Both the position numbers and the translations under genes were made by a program. From IMG/VR virus record IMGVR_UViG_3300027834_000005, positions 124,001 through 188,000 of that record: a stretch of 64,000 bases of DNA; one strand, written 5' to 3'. Below the pieces are notes generated by a model that saw only the letters and a program-made list of their open reading frames with translations, had not been told where the DNA came from and ran no database searches. Numbering within the stretch: position 1 is the first letter of the stretch; each line of letters opens with the position of its first letter. This document shows, one piece after another, positions 29,357-37,980 of the stretch.

Positions 29357-29641
29357 ATGTATCTTAATATAAACTTCTCTTTACTAGACTTAGCCTTACA
29401 AGAAAACATAATCAATGGGTTTGAAGCCACATTCATCAAAGAAAAGCAAGGGTTATATGTGAAACTTCTCTCAGATAAGCAATTACTTGTATTTGAAGAC
29501 GTATTTCCTAGATTAATAGAGGGCACTATCTCAGTAACCGAAGAAGAACCTCAGACACACGCCTCATACGCGCCAAACCACGAATATAAATATTCATATC
29601 AGTATGACGCTAACTCAGACCCAGATCATGATCCAGAATAG
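29357..29641 (+). CDS. Small acidic hypothetical protein (94 aa)
   Basis: ATG downstream of the early promoter; its stop abuts the convergent stop at 29642. Confidence 0.55.
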   Translation: MYLNINFSLLDLALQENIINGFEATFIKEKQGLYVKLLSDKQLLVFEDVFPRLIEGTISVTEEEPQTHASYAPNHEYKYSYQYDANSDPDHDPE

Positions 29642-30169
29642 TTACTTCCACGTCTTACCGGAATATACATCCAGTAATTTATTCTCCCAATCTTTGCCAT
29701 ATAGGTCTAAGACGTCTTGATCCACATGTAAAGTTATAGACACTACATACTTGCCTATATTCTGAAACCTCACGTAACCAGTAAATTTATTGAAGTTTAA
29801 GTATATGAAAGAGTTGATTTTAAGAAGTATATCACCAATTTCACCTTCTATCAAGTTAGTGCCTTCACGATGGGACATGTATTTTATAGTCCCTTTCTGT
29901 AAAACAACGTCAGTGTAAATTTCATCACCTGTCATTTCTTGTGTGTAAATTTTACCAACCATAGTCTTGCATTGGTTTATTGATAAGTCATAAACGACGC
30001 CATCACCATAGTTGAAGGCATCGATTTTATGTTGATTTTTTCCATTATAATAAAGGGACCAGTTAATCTTCTGGGCGTCTAGTATCTTGGTAGTTTCGCA
30101 AGCCCACTTAATATTCTTAAGTCTGCTTGCTTCTTCTACTGTTCTAGGTATGTATACTGTGTCTTGCAT
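29642..30169 (-). CDS. Hypothetical protein (about 175 aa)
   Basis: Track ORF 29642..30190; ATG 30169 has AAGGA upstream and avoids overlap with the gp51-like gene. Confidence 0.65.
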   Translation of the reverse strand: MQDTVYIPRTVEEASRLKNIKWACETTKILDAQKINWSLYYNGKNQHKIDAFNYGDGVVYDLSINQCKTMVGKIYTQEMTGDEIYTDVVLQKGTIKYMSHREGTNLIEGEIGDILLKINSFIYLNFNKFTGYVRFQNIGKYVVSITLHVDQDVLDLYGKDWENKLLDVYSGKTWK

Positions 30170-30180
30170 AATTGTGTCCT

Positions 30181-30414
30181 TTATAACCATTCTTTGCCGG
30201 TCATATTCTGTATCTTGTGGTTTAGCTTCTTAAGCATCCGGTTTCTTTCTAGATGCGACATACGTCTAGCTTCAGTGTAGGTTACCCCACCATCCATGTA
30301 CACGCACATATCTGTAATCTGGTCTTCAATCAACTCAGAACTTTTTTCAAGGGACTTAATCGTTTCCGATATACGTTCGTCGTCTAGACTTATTAAGACC
30401 CCGTAGAAAAATTT
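30181..30414 (-). CDS. gp51: gp51-like baseplate hub assembly chaperone domain, probably expressed as a -1 frameshift extension of gp26
   Basis: ETIKSLEKSSELIEDQITDMCVYMDGGVTYTEARRMSHLERNRM resembles small gp51-like proteins; the frame is -1 relative to gp26 and there is no in-frame ATG for about 33 codons after the slippery site. Confidence 0.6.
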   Translation of the reverse strand, partial: KFFYGVLISLDDERISETIKSLEKSSELIEDQITDMCVYMDGGVTYTEARRMSHLERNRMLKKLNHKIQNMTGKEWL

Positions 30415-31247
30415 ACAGGATTTGTCTCTATCTGTGAACTCCATGTGTTTTCGCATTCATCACACTTAATAGTTACGTTGGTGTCTATGCCTATACCGTT
30501 GATTTTTTTCACTTCAGTTTCAATCGACTTCGCATCTCTTATTTCAATGTTCTTGAGAAGATCAATGATGTTTGCCCTATTTGACTCGTCTGCGTACAGA
30601 TCAATGTTAGCCTCGTCATCATGTAGACGGTATATGCTACCCGCTATAAGCTCGGCATTAAGAGCTGTCATTTTCTTTATGGACTTGTTGAGGACTTTAA
30701 GTACCTCTTCAGTACCGGCATTGGCGTTAATAAGTTGCTTCTGAACTTTTTCTTGCTCGAAAGCCAACTTCATCATCTTAATTTTGTCATTATATGTGAA
30801 AGGGCGCACAGATGCATTCAGTCCGCTACTTAACTTAACGATATATTCATCATCTAGGCTCTGGCAGTTAGCCAGCATTTCTTCTAGGTTAATAGCATAC
30901 GTGTTCTCGTGTGTACATTTACCGCACACTGAGGTGAAGTCAGTTTCTTTACCGTATGAAGCGACCCTTATTGCTGTTAATAGAGCATCAACATCATTGG
31001 TTAATAGCGACAGTGGCTTTTTCAAACCATCTACGCAGCTCTTAAGTACAGTGGTTACCGCCTCTCCATTAAGTAGAGCATCAGGGTTTTTAAGGATGAT
31101 CTCGTCATCACTGGTCATGGCACGAATGCCTACCTCTCCATTGTCCGTGAAGTCTATAACTTGGTCTGTGTAATATGTTGTACCGGAAGGAAGTGGCACA
31201 TATGTACTCACCTTGCGGTAATAATCGTGGAATATGTCAGAATTCAT
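30393..31247 (-). CDS. gp26: Baseplate hub assembly protein gp26-like
   Basis: YVPLPSGT...VGIRAMTSDDEIILKNPDALLNG...DVDALLTAIRVASYG...CxxC...CxxC: T4 gp26 family pattern. Confidence 0.85.
   Translation of the reverse strand: MNSDIFHDYYRKVSTYVPLPSGTTYYTDQVIDFTDNGEVGIRAMTSDDEIILKNPDALLNGEAVTTVLKSCVDGLKKPLSLLTNDVDALLTAIRVASYGKETDFTSVCGKCTHENTYAINLEEMLANCQSLDDEYIVKLSSGLNASVRPFTYNDKIKMMKLAFEQEKVQKQLINANAGTEEVLKVLNKSIKKMTALNAELIAGSIYRLHDDEANIDLYADESNRANIIDLLKNIEIRDAKSIETEVKKINGIGIDTNVTIKCDECENTWSSQIETNPVNFSTGS
30408..30414 (-). other. Candidate -1 ribosomal frameshift slippery heptamer A_AAT_TTT
   Basis: In the gp26 frame GTA AAT TTT TCT; fits X_XXY_YYZ, four sense codons before the gp26 stop. 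Confidence 0.6.
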
Positions 31248-31271
31248 TTTTTTAAGGTTCCTATGTTCTGT

Positions 31272-31279
31272 GATAAATA
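31272..31279 (+). promoter_or_regulatory. Late promoter GATAAATA for the tape-measure/portal operon
   Basis: TGATAAATAGT in the divergent gap. Confidence 0.75.
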
Positions 31280-31292
31280 GTGTTCATGCAAG

Positions 31293-31300
31293 TATTTATG
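31293..31300 (-). promoter_or_regulatory. Late promoter variant CATAAATA for gp26
   Basis: TATTTATG on + strand, facing the promoter at 31272. Confidence 0.55.
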
Positions 31301-31326
31301 CATACGAATTTAATACGGATAAAAAT

Positions 31327-33237
31327 ATGGATGACATTAATATATTAAGCGTCAACGGAAAAGATCCAGAGGATATGCCATGGGCAAGGGAAATGACCCT
31401 TCAGGCTATCGCTAAGGATATTTCTAAAATGGCAAAGACCTCGCAGCGCGACTCTAGCTCTATGTTGGATTCCATACTTGAAGGTAATGAAGAGGGTGAA
31501 GCTCAGCGCGAAAGACTTAATAGAGAAACCAAGTCTGGGAATGACGATGCTAGGCAAGACAGTAGAATAAGAAATAAATTACAGCAAAGTACCGTAGATA
31601 AACTTGAACATATGGGCGTTAAGTTTGATGGTATGGGTGATAATTTACTTGGTGGTATGGGCGGCGGAGTAATGGGCGTCGTTGCAAATGCGGTTGGCGT
31701 TGCATTTGACACAGTTATTGAATCTATGGTCGCGGGAGTATCTTCCTTTGCCGATGCATATAAAGATGGTCTTGCCGTAGGCGAAGACGCATACGAAGGG
31801 TTCGTGAATAGTACTATAGGTTTACAGATCAGTATGTCCAGTTTGTCAGAGATCAGTCAAGAATATACCAATATGATGAATCAGGTTGGCATCCCTACGT
31901 TCCTTAGCTTCAATGATGCAATGCGTAAAGGTGAAGAAAATAGCGTGAGCTTCATGTCTAAGTTTGGTTTAACAAATCGTGAGGCTGCAGATTATATGGC
32001 TTCGTATTTAGACCAACATCGTCTTTTAACCGGCATGGAAAATCTAGAATCTATGCGTAATATGAAAAAGATGAAAGAGTCATATGCCAATACGGACAGA
32101 TTTGCCAAAGCGTTAGGTGTGTCAACGGAACATCTAATGAACCAATTAAAGGCTCAAGCGGAAGACGTCAATGTAAGAAAGGCGATGCTGAACGTTGATA
32201 AAGATTCTAAAGAGTCCATGAATAAACTTCTTGCTATCGTGCCCGACAGTATGAAGAACATGGTTCTAGATATGCTACAGAATCCAGCATTAGCTGAAGG
32301 TACTAATTCATTCAAAGATTTACTTAAGGGTGGCGCGTCAGGCGTTGCGTACGCATTAAAAGATATCGTAATGGCGGCGAATGATGGTTCATTAGCTATG
32401 GGTGATATAGAAGGAATCATGCAAAACTTAAATGGTGAGTTTAAGAAGGTGGATCTAGACAGCCTTAATGCTGCTGGTACAGCCGGTCACAGTTTCGCAG
32501 ATACAACCAAAATAGCAACGGTAGAATTCAAAGAACGTATGGATAATATCAATGCGACCCTTAAAGCCGGTACGAACATCTATGCAGAAAGTAGCGTTAC
32601 GTTAGGTAATTTCATTGAGACTACTGAAGGCGCTATACAGAAGTTATTCGCTGATCTAGCAACTCCTGAAATGTTAGAAATGTTCACGTACGCGTTAGGA
32701 TTAGCTACTGAAATGTTCACAGACACAATGAAGAGCTTCGCAACTATAGACCAAAAAGATATTAAAGAGTTCTTCAACACTACATTACCTGGATTTTTCG
32801 TGACAGTAAAAGAGATGATGGTAGGTATCAGTGAAGGATGGATGAATTTCAAATCATCATGGCTTGGTGAGTCGATGGGGTTTGGCGGGACAGTTACTAA
32901 AGAAGAAAAGGCGGAGTTGGTTGCGCAGAAAGAAAATCTAAACCACACGAAGAATATATTTAACGCCCAACAGACCGTTCTTAAACAGATAGAAGCCGGT
33001 CCTGCAGAGAAAGCTAAAGCTGCTGCGGAAAATGAACAAAAAATAAAAGCACAGCAAGAAAAAGTTAATCAAGAGAACAGAGGACTGACGCCAGAACAAG
33101 ATAAGGCCTCATTCACCGCGAGCGAAAAGCAACTAGAAGTTCTCATGGCTATTAAGAATACTTTAGAACTACAAGAAAAGATCTTGAAAAAAACACGCAC
33201 AGACGCAAAAAGTAAATCCATCACAGGTGGAAAATAA
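31327..33237 (+). CDS. Tape-measure-like protein (T4 gp29 analogue)
   Basis: Helical, Ala/Met/Gly-rich with FAKALGVS; the track start at 31234 overlaps gp26 and lies upstream of the promoter, so ATG 31327 (MDDINIL) is preferred. Confidence 0.65.
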   Translation: MDDINILSVNGKDPEDMPWAREMTLQAIAKDISKMAKTSQRDSSSMLDSILEGNEEGEAQRERLNRETKSGNDDARQDSRIRNKLQQSTVDKLEHMGVKFDGMGDNLLGGMGGGVMGVVANAVGVAFDTVIESMVAGVSSFADAYKDGLAVGEDAYEGFVNSTIGLQISMSSLSEISQEYTNMMNQVGIPTFLSFNDAMRKGEENSVSFMSKFGLTNREAADYMASYLDQHRLLTGMENLESMRNMKKMKESYANTDRFAKALGVSTEHLMNQLKAQAEDVNVRKAMLNVDKDSKESMNKLLAIVPDSMKNMVLDMLQNPALAEGTNSFKDLLKGGASGVAYALKDIVMAANDGSLAMGDIEGIMQNLNGEFKKVDLDSLNAAGTAGHSFADTTKIATVEFKERMDNINATLKAGTNIYAESSVTLGNFIETTEGAIQKLFADLATPEMLEMFTYALGLATEMFTDTMKSFATIDQKDIKEFFNTTLPGFFVTVKEMMVGISEGWMNFKSSWLGESMGFGGTVTKEEKAELVAQKENLNHTKNIFNAQQTVLKQIEAGPAEKAKAAAENEQKIKAQQEKVNQENRGLTPEQDKASFTASEKQLEVLMAIKNTLELQEKILKKTRTDAKSKSITGGK

Positions 33238-33246
33238 GGAAGTATA

Positions 33247-34944
33247 ATGAGTTGGAAGAAATATTTTAAACCAGTAAACAGCGTAATGCCTGCCCAACAT
33301 AAATCCGTGGGCACTCCGCAATCTGCAGACAAGTTTAATAGTTGGTTGCCAGAAGTTTATAATGGACCGCCAGATAGACTACAACGCTATGCCCAGTATG
33401 AACAGATGGACATGGATCATGAAGTTTGCGCAGCAATGGATACATTGGCGGAATTTTGCACTCAGAAAAGTGAGAGTACGGGCACGCCATTCGACGTAGA
33501 ATATCTTACTGATCCGAGTGAATCGGAGAGTAAAGTAATAGATAGTGCATTAAGAAGATGGTGCTCTATTAATGATTTCAATAAAAGAATGTTCAGAATG
33601 GTTAGGTCAACATTAATGTATGGAGATCAATTCTTCATTCGTGACCCAGAAACTTTTAAGTTGTATTGGGTTGATCCTAACAATATAGAAAAAGTTGTTG
33701 TTAATGAGAGCGCAGGTAAGAGTATCGAGACCTACTTTATTAAGGATCTTGATCTTAATCACCAGTCTTTAGTTGCTTCATCTATGACTAACTCCAAAAA
33801 AGGCGGTTACGCTAATAGATCTCACGGATTTGGTAACTTAGCTAATATGCAAGCCCCAGCACAAGGAGCCACATCGTCATACTTTACATCGGGTGGCACA
33901 TCTGACTCTGACGTAGCCTTTCCGGTAGCCGGAGAGAACGTAATTCATATCAGTCTTACTGAAGGTATGGATTCTGCTTGGCCTTTCGGCGTGAGTGAGC
34001 TTGAGCCAGTCTTTAAAATATATAAGCAGAAGTCGATGCTTGAAGATGCGATGTTGATTTACCGCATCCACAGAGCACCTGAGAGACGTGTATTCTCCAT
34101 TGACGTTGGTGATATGCCACCTACACAGGCACATCAATATCTTGAGCGTGTTAAGTATGAAGTGCAACAGAAGCGTATGCCTAATAGAACAGGTGGCGGC
34201 GAGAACATCACGGACTCAGCTTACGATCCCCTATCTACCTTAGAAGATTACTACTTCGCTGTTACGGCTGACGGTAGAGGCTCTAAAGTAGATGTATTAC
34301 CAGGTGGTGATAACTTGGGCGAAATAAACGACATGCTTTATTTTAACAATAAAATGTTTAGAGCATTAGGAATCCCTAGTTCATATATTCCTACTGGACC
34401 AGACGACGGCAGCGCTACATCTTCTGACGGTAAAGTGGGCACAGCTTTCATACAAGAATTTAGATTCACTGAAAGATGTAAAAGGCATCAACGTCAAATG
34501 GTTGATGCTATGGATAGAGAATTCAAACTGTTCATGAAAGAAAATGGCATCACGGTTGATAACGGAATGTTTAATCTTCAATTTTCAGAACCGCAGAATT
34601 TCTCTGAGTACAGACAGATTGAATTAGACTCTGCTCGTATAGCTGTGTTCTCTCAAGTACAAGAGATTCCGTTTGTGGCTAAGCAATACGCATTAAGACG
34701 TTACATGGGCTGGACAGAAAAAGATATCTTCGAGAATGAGAAATACTGGAAGATGGAAAATGAAGAAGAATTTACCGACGAAGATCAAGGCGTTGGCTTA
34801 GGTCAAGTAGGCATGAGTGGATCTGACTTTGAATCAGACGAGTTCGGTGGTGAAGAAATGATGGGCGACGAAGAGATGAGCGATGAAGGTGATTTCGACG
34901 CTGACTCAATGGGCGCTGAAGACGTAGAGAATTTTGGGAACTAA
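33247..34944 (+). CDS. gp20: Portal vertex protein
   Basis: YEQMDMDHEV, LEDAMLIYRIHRAPERRVFSIDVG, LEDYYFA...GRGSKVDVLPGG, ALGIPSS; acidic tail. Confidence 0.96.
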   Translation: MSWKKYFKPVNSVMPAQHKSVGTPQSADKFNSWLPEVYNGPPDRLQRYAQYEQMDMDHEVCAAMDTLAEFCTQKSESTGTPFDVEYLTDPSESESKVIDSALRRWCSINDFNKRMFRMVRSTLMYGDQFFIRDPETFKLYWVDPNNIEKVVVNESAGKSIETYFIKDLDLNHQSLVASSMTNSKKGGYANRSHGFGNLANMQAPAQGATSSYFTSGGTSDSDVAFPVAGENVIHISLTEGMDSAWPFGVSELEPVFKIYKQKSMLEDAMLIYRIHRAPERRVFSIDVGDMPPTQAHQYLERVKYEVQQKRMPNRTGGGENITDSAYDPLSTLEDYYFAVTADGRGSKVDVLPGGDNLGEINDMLYFNNKMFRALGIPSSYIPTGPDDGSATSSDGKVGTAFIQEFRFTERCKRHQRQMVDAMDREFKLFMKENGITVDNGMFNLQFSEPQNFSEYRQIELDSARIAVFSQVQEIPFVAKQYALRRYMGWTEKDIFENEKYWKMENEEEFTDEDQGVGLGQVGMSGSDFESDEFGGEEMMGDEEMSDEGDFDADSMGAEDVENFGN

Positions 34945-34946
34945 AA

Positions 34947-35183
34947 ATGAAGAAGAGCGATATTATTAACGAGAATTATGATATGGAAGATGATGAGTAT
35001 ATGAAGGCTGAGCTTTCAGATACCCGTCGTCCTAGACTTACCATACGACACCTTAACAAGCTACGTAAGCTAAAAGACGCTAGATCGATACAAGATCAAG
35101 AGAGATCTGTATTTGTTAAGAAGATGTATGGTGCCCCACCGGCAGATATGGGCGGTGGCATGGATGATGGCATGGAATTTTAA
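34947..35183 (+). CDS. Small prohead-associated protein (78 aa)
   Basis: Follows the portal; DTRRPRLTIRHLNKLR; N-terminal IINE motif. Confidence 0.65.
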   Translation: MKKSDIINENYDMEDDEYMKAELSDTRRPRLTIRHLNKLRKLKDARSIQDQERSVFVKKMYGAPPADMGGGMDDGMEF

Positions 35184-35300
35184 ATAATTTTATACCCCAA
35201 CATAATAAGGGCATAAAAAGGGTTAAATACATTAATAATGCCCCTCTTTTTGCAAAAAGTGCGTTTTTGACCCCTTTTTGCGTCCCTTTTATTTAGAAAG

Positions 35301-35308
35301 TATAAATA
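35301..35308 (+). promoter_or_regulatory. Late promoter TATAAATA
   Basis: Exact T4 late consensus upstream of an AAGGAG RBS and ATG 35353. Confidence 0.8.
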
Positions 35309-35352
35309 TCCACTGTAGAAAGATTTAAACGTAACAATCAAAGGAGAGAATA

Positions 35353-36225
35353 ATGTCACAATCTAAATTAGCCAGAATTCTGGATTTAATTATTAATGAA
35401 GACACTGACTCTGCTTCAGATTTACTACATGACGTATTAGTTGAAAAAGCTCGTACCATCTATCAAGAAATTGCTGAAGATGAAGAAGTATGCGGCGATG
35501 AAGAACTTGACGAAGAAGCATGTGACGAATCAGAAGAAGAAGAAACTATCGAAGAAGATTTCGGCGGAGACGAGAAAGAAGGTTTCGCAGCTGATATCGC
35601 ACAAGACGAAGAAGAAATTGATTCTGATGAAGTTTCAGATGATTCTGATATCGACGGTTCTGGTGGTGAATTCGGAGAGTTTGGTGATGAAGGCGAAAGT
35701 GAAGCTGAGCCTGAAGAAAGAATTGAAGACCTTGAAGACCAGTTAGCAAGTTTGAGAGCTGAGTTTGATATGTTAGTAGGACAAGAATCAGAAGAACCTA
35801 ATCACGACCTAGACGGTATTGGTGATGAGGGTGGATTCGATTCAGGCATGGGCGATGAGTTCGGTGCTGAAGAAGAATTCGCAGATGAGTCTTTTGTTTA
35901 CGAAGGTACTAAGTTCCAAAGCGAAGTTAACGTAACACTTGACGGCGAGAAAGATGCTACTAATAAAGAAGCACCTTACACTAACGCTCCTTCGAAAGAA
36001 GAGTTCGGTGGTAAGCCAGTTAAGATCGGTAAAGGCGACGGACAAGGTAAAGAAGTAGATAAGACTGCTGCAAAGAATAAAGATAGTAAAGAAGACAATG
36101 TAGATGTTCCTAATAAAGATCAATCTGCAGATTTAAAAGGCGAAGGTAAGTTTTCAGGAACTGGTAAGAATAGTAAGCGACCTACTATGCAAACCAAATC
36201 TCCTCTTACTAAGAAACCTAAGTAA
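35353..36225 (+). CDS. Acidic prohead core/scaffold-like protein (gp67/gp68 position)
   Basis: Very Glu/Asp-rich, between portal and protease; LLHDVLVEKARTIY. Confidence 0.7.
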   Translation: MSQSKLARILDLIINEDTDSASDLLHDVLVEKARTIYQEIAEDEEVCGDEELDEEACDESEEEETIEEDFGGDEKEGFAADIAQDEEEIDSDEVSDDSDIDGSGGEFGEFGDEGESEAEPEERIEDLEDQLASLRAEFDMLVGQESEEPNHDLDGIGDEGGFDSGMGDEFGAEEEFADESFVYEGTKFQSEVNVTLDGEKDATNKEAPYTNAPSKEEFGGKPVKIGKGDGQGKEVDKTAAKNKDSKEDNVDVPNKDQSADLKGEGKFSGTGKNSKRPTMQTKSPLTKKPK

Positions 36226-36227
36226 TC

Positions 36228-36860
36228 ATGTCTAATTCGCTATATGAGTATTTCGATCCGCAAAGAGCCAAGATGGTTGTTGAATCTCTTGCGGGAGCAA
36301 ATGGTAAAGACTTATACATGTCAGGTATTTTTGTTCAGGCTGAACAGAAGAATCAGAATGAAAGAGTTTATCCATTACACGAAATAACAAACGCTGTTAA
36401 CAGTGTTAAGAATAGAATTGCTGAAGGTCAAAGTATTTTAGGGGAGCTTGATCACCCTGAAGAACTTTCGATTAATTTAGACAAAGTTTCACATGTTATT
36501 ACTGATATGTGGATGGAAGGTAACGACGGTTACGGGAAGTTAAAAATTGTACCTACTCCAAGTGGTATGATTGCGAAATCATTATTAGAAAGCGGAGTTA
36601 TTTTGGGCGTAAGCTCACGTGGCTCAGGTAACGTTGCTAATAACGGATTCGTAAGTGACTTCGATATGATAACTGTTGATATTGTGGCTCAGCCTAGTGC
36701 TCCGAACGCATATCCTAAATCCATCTATGAAAGTTTATATAACATGAGAGGCGGTGCACAGATAATGGAAGTTGCCAGAGCGGTTTCACATAATGAATCC
36801 GGTTCTAACAGACATCTTCAGCGAGAAATTTTGAGTTTTATAAAAGAACTCAAGAAATAA
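36228..36860 (+). CDS. gp21: Prohead core scaffold protease
   Basis: GIFVQAEQKNQNERVYP, LGELDHP, VSHVI, LGVSSRGSG, DIVAQPSAPNAY. Confidence 0.96.
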   Translation: MSNSLYEYFDPQRAKMVVESLAGANGKDLYMSGIFVQAEQKNQNERVYPLHEITNAVNSVKNRIAEGQSILGELDHPEELSINLDKVSHVITDMWMEGNDGYGKLKIVPTPSGMIAKSLLESGVILGVSSRGSGNVANNGFVSDFDMITVDIVAQPSAPNAYPKSIYESLYNMRGGAQIMEVARAVSHNESGSNRHLQREILSFIKELKK

Positions 36861-36873
36861 GGGAGAGAAGACA

Positions 36874-37959
36874 ATGAAATCTACGTTCGAAAAAGCTCTT
36901 ACTGAAAACCTTGACCTTCCTACGGAAGTTAAGGAACAGCTTAAAGAAGCATGGGATGAACAGTTGTCTGAAGCAAAAGAAGAAGTTGCTGCCGAAATGC
37001 GTGAGGAATTTGCACAAAAATTCGAACACGACAAAGGCACAATGGTTGAGTCTATTAACCAATTCCTAGAGGAAAAGGTAAGAGCTGAACTTTCAGAATT
37101 TGCAGAAGATAAGAAAGCCCTAGCTGAAGAAAAAGTTGTATATAGAAAGAAACTTAAAGCGTTCGAATCTTTCCTAGCTCAAGGTCTTGCTAAAGAAGTT
37201 AAAGAACTTCGTGAAGACCGCGTTAAGGCTAGTACTAGTCTTAAACAGTTAGAAGGTTTCGTAATCGAACAACTTTCTGAAGAAATTAAAGATCTGCATG
37301 CAGATAAAAAAGCTTTAGTTGAACAGAAAGTTAAGATGGTAAAAGAAGGTAAATCAGTATTAGCGGAAGCTAAACGTGACTTCCTTGTTAAAGCATCTAA
37401 GTTGGTTGAATCCAACATTGACACATTATTGCGCAATGAGATCACACAGTATCGTGATGATATCGTTTCAGCAAGAGAAAATGATTTTGGTAGACGCGTT
37501 TTTGAAGCGTTTGCAGCTGAGTACATGACTTCGCACTTGAATGAAAGTTCAGAAGCTAAGAAATTACAATCAATTCTTTCTGTGAAGGAAGATGAGATCG
37601 GCAAGCTTAACGAATCTCTTAAAAAGAAAACTGGTTTAGTAGAAAGCGCTCAGCGTAAAGCTACTGCGGCCAAAGATCTTTTAAGCAGAGACAGAGTTAT
37701 GAGTAAACTTCTATCTCCATTGGGTGGTGATAAGAAGATCGTAATGAAGGATTTACTGGAATCTGTGCAAACAGATAAACTAGAAAAATCTTTTAACAAA
37801 TATCTTCCGGCTGTTCTTAATGAAGGCCAAAAACGTAACGTAGAGAGTTCTACTGTTATAAACGAGAGCCTAGTTGAGAAGACTGGTGATAGGGCAGTTG
37901 CCCAAACAAAAACCTCGGAAGGTGACTTAGCTGAAATCGTTAGATTGGCTGGGTTATAA
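36874..37959 (+). CDS. gp22: Prohead core scaffold protein
   Basis: Long coiled coil between gp21 and gp23 with many LxE motifs. Confidence 0.85.
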   Translation: MKSTFEKALTENLDLPTEVKEQLKEAWDEQLSEAKEEVAAEMREEFAQKFEHDKGTMVESINQFLEEKVRAELSEFAEDKKALAEEKVVYRKKLKAFESFLAQGLAKEVKELREDRVKASTSLKQLEGFVIEQLSEEIKDLHADKKALVEQKVKMVKEGKSVLAEAKRDFLVKASKLVESNIDTLLRNEITQYRDDIVSARENDFGRRVFEAFAAEYMTSHLNESSEAKKLQSILSVKEDEIGKLNESLKKKTGLVESAQRKATAAKDLLSRDRVMSKLLSPLGGDKKIVMKDLLESVQTDKLEKSFNKYLPAVLNEGQKRNVESSTVINESLVEKTGDRAVAQTKTSEGDLAEIVRLAGL

Positions 37960-37962
37960 ATA
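37955..37962 (+). promoter_or_regulatory. Late promoter TATAAATA for gp23
   Basis: Overlaps the gp22 stop; followed by AGGAG and ATG 37981. Confidence 0.8.
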
Positions 37963-37980
37963 CTACTAGGAGACTTAAAA

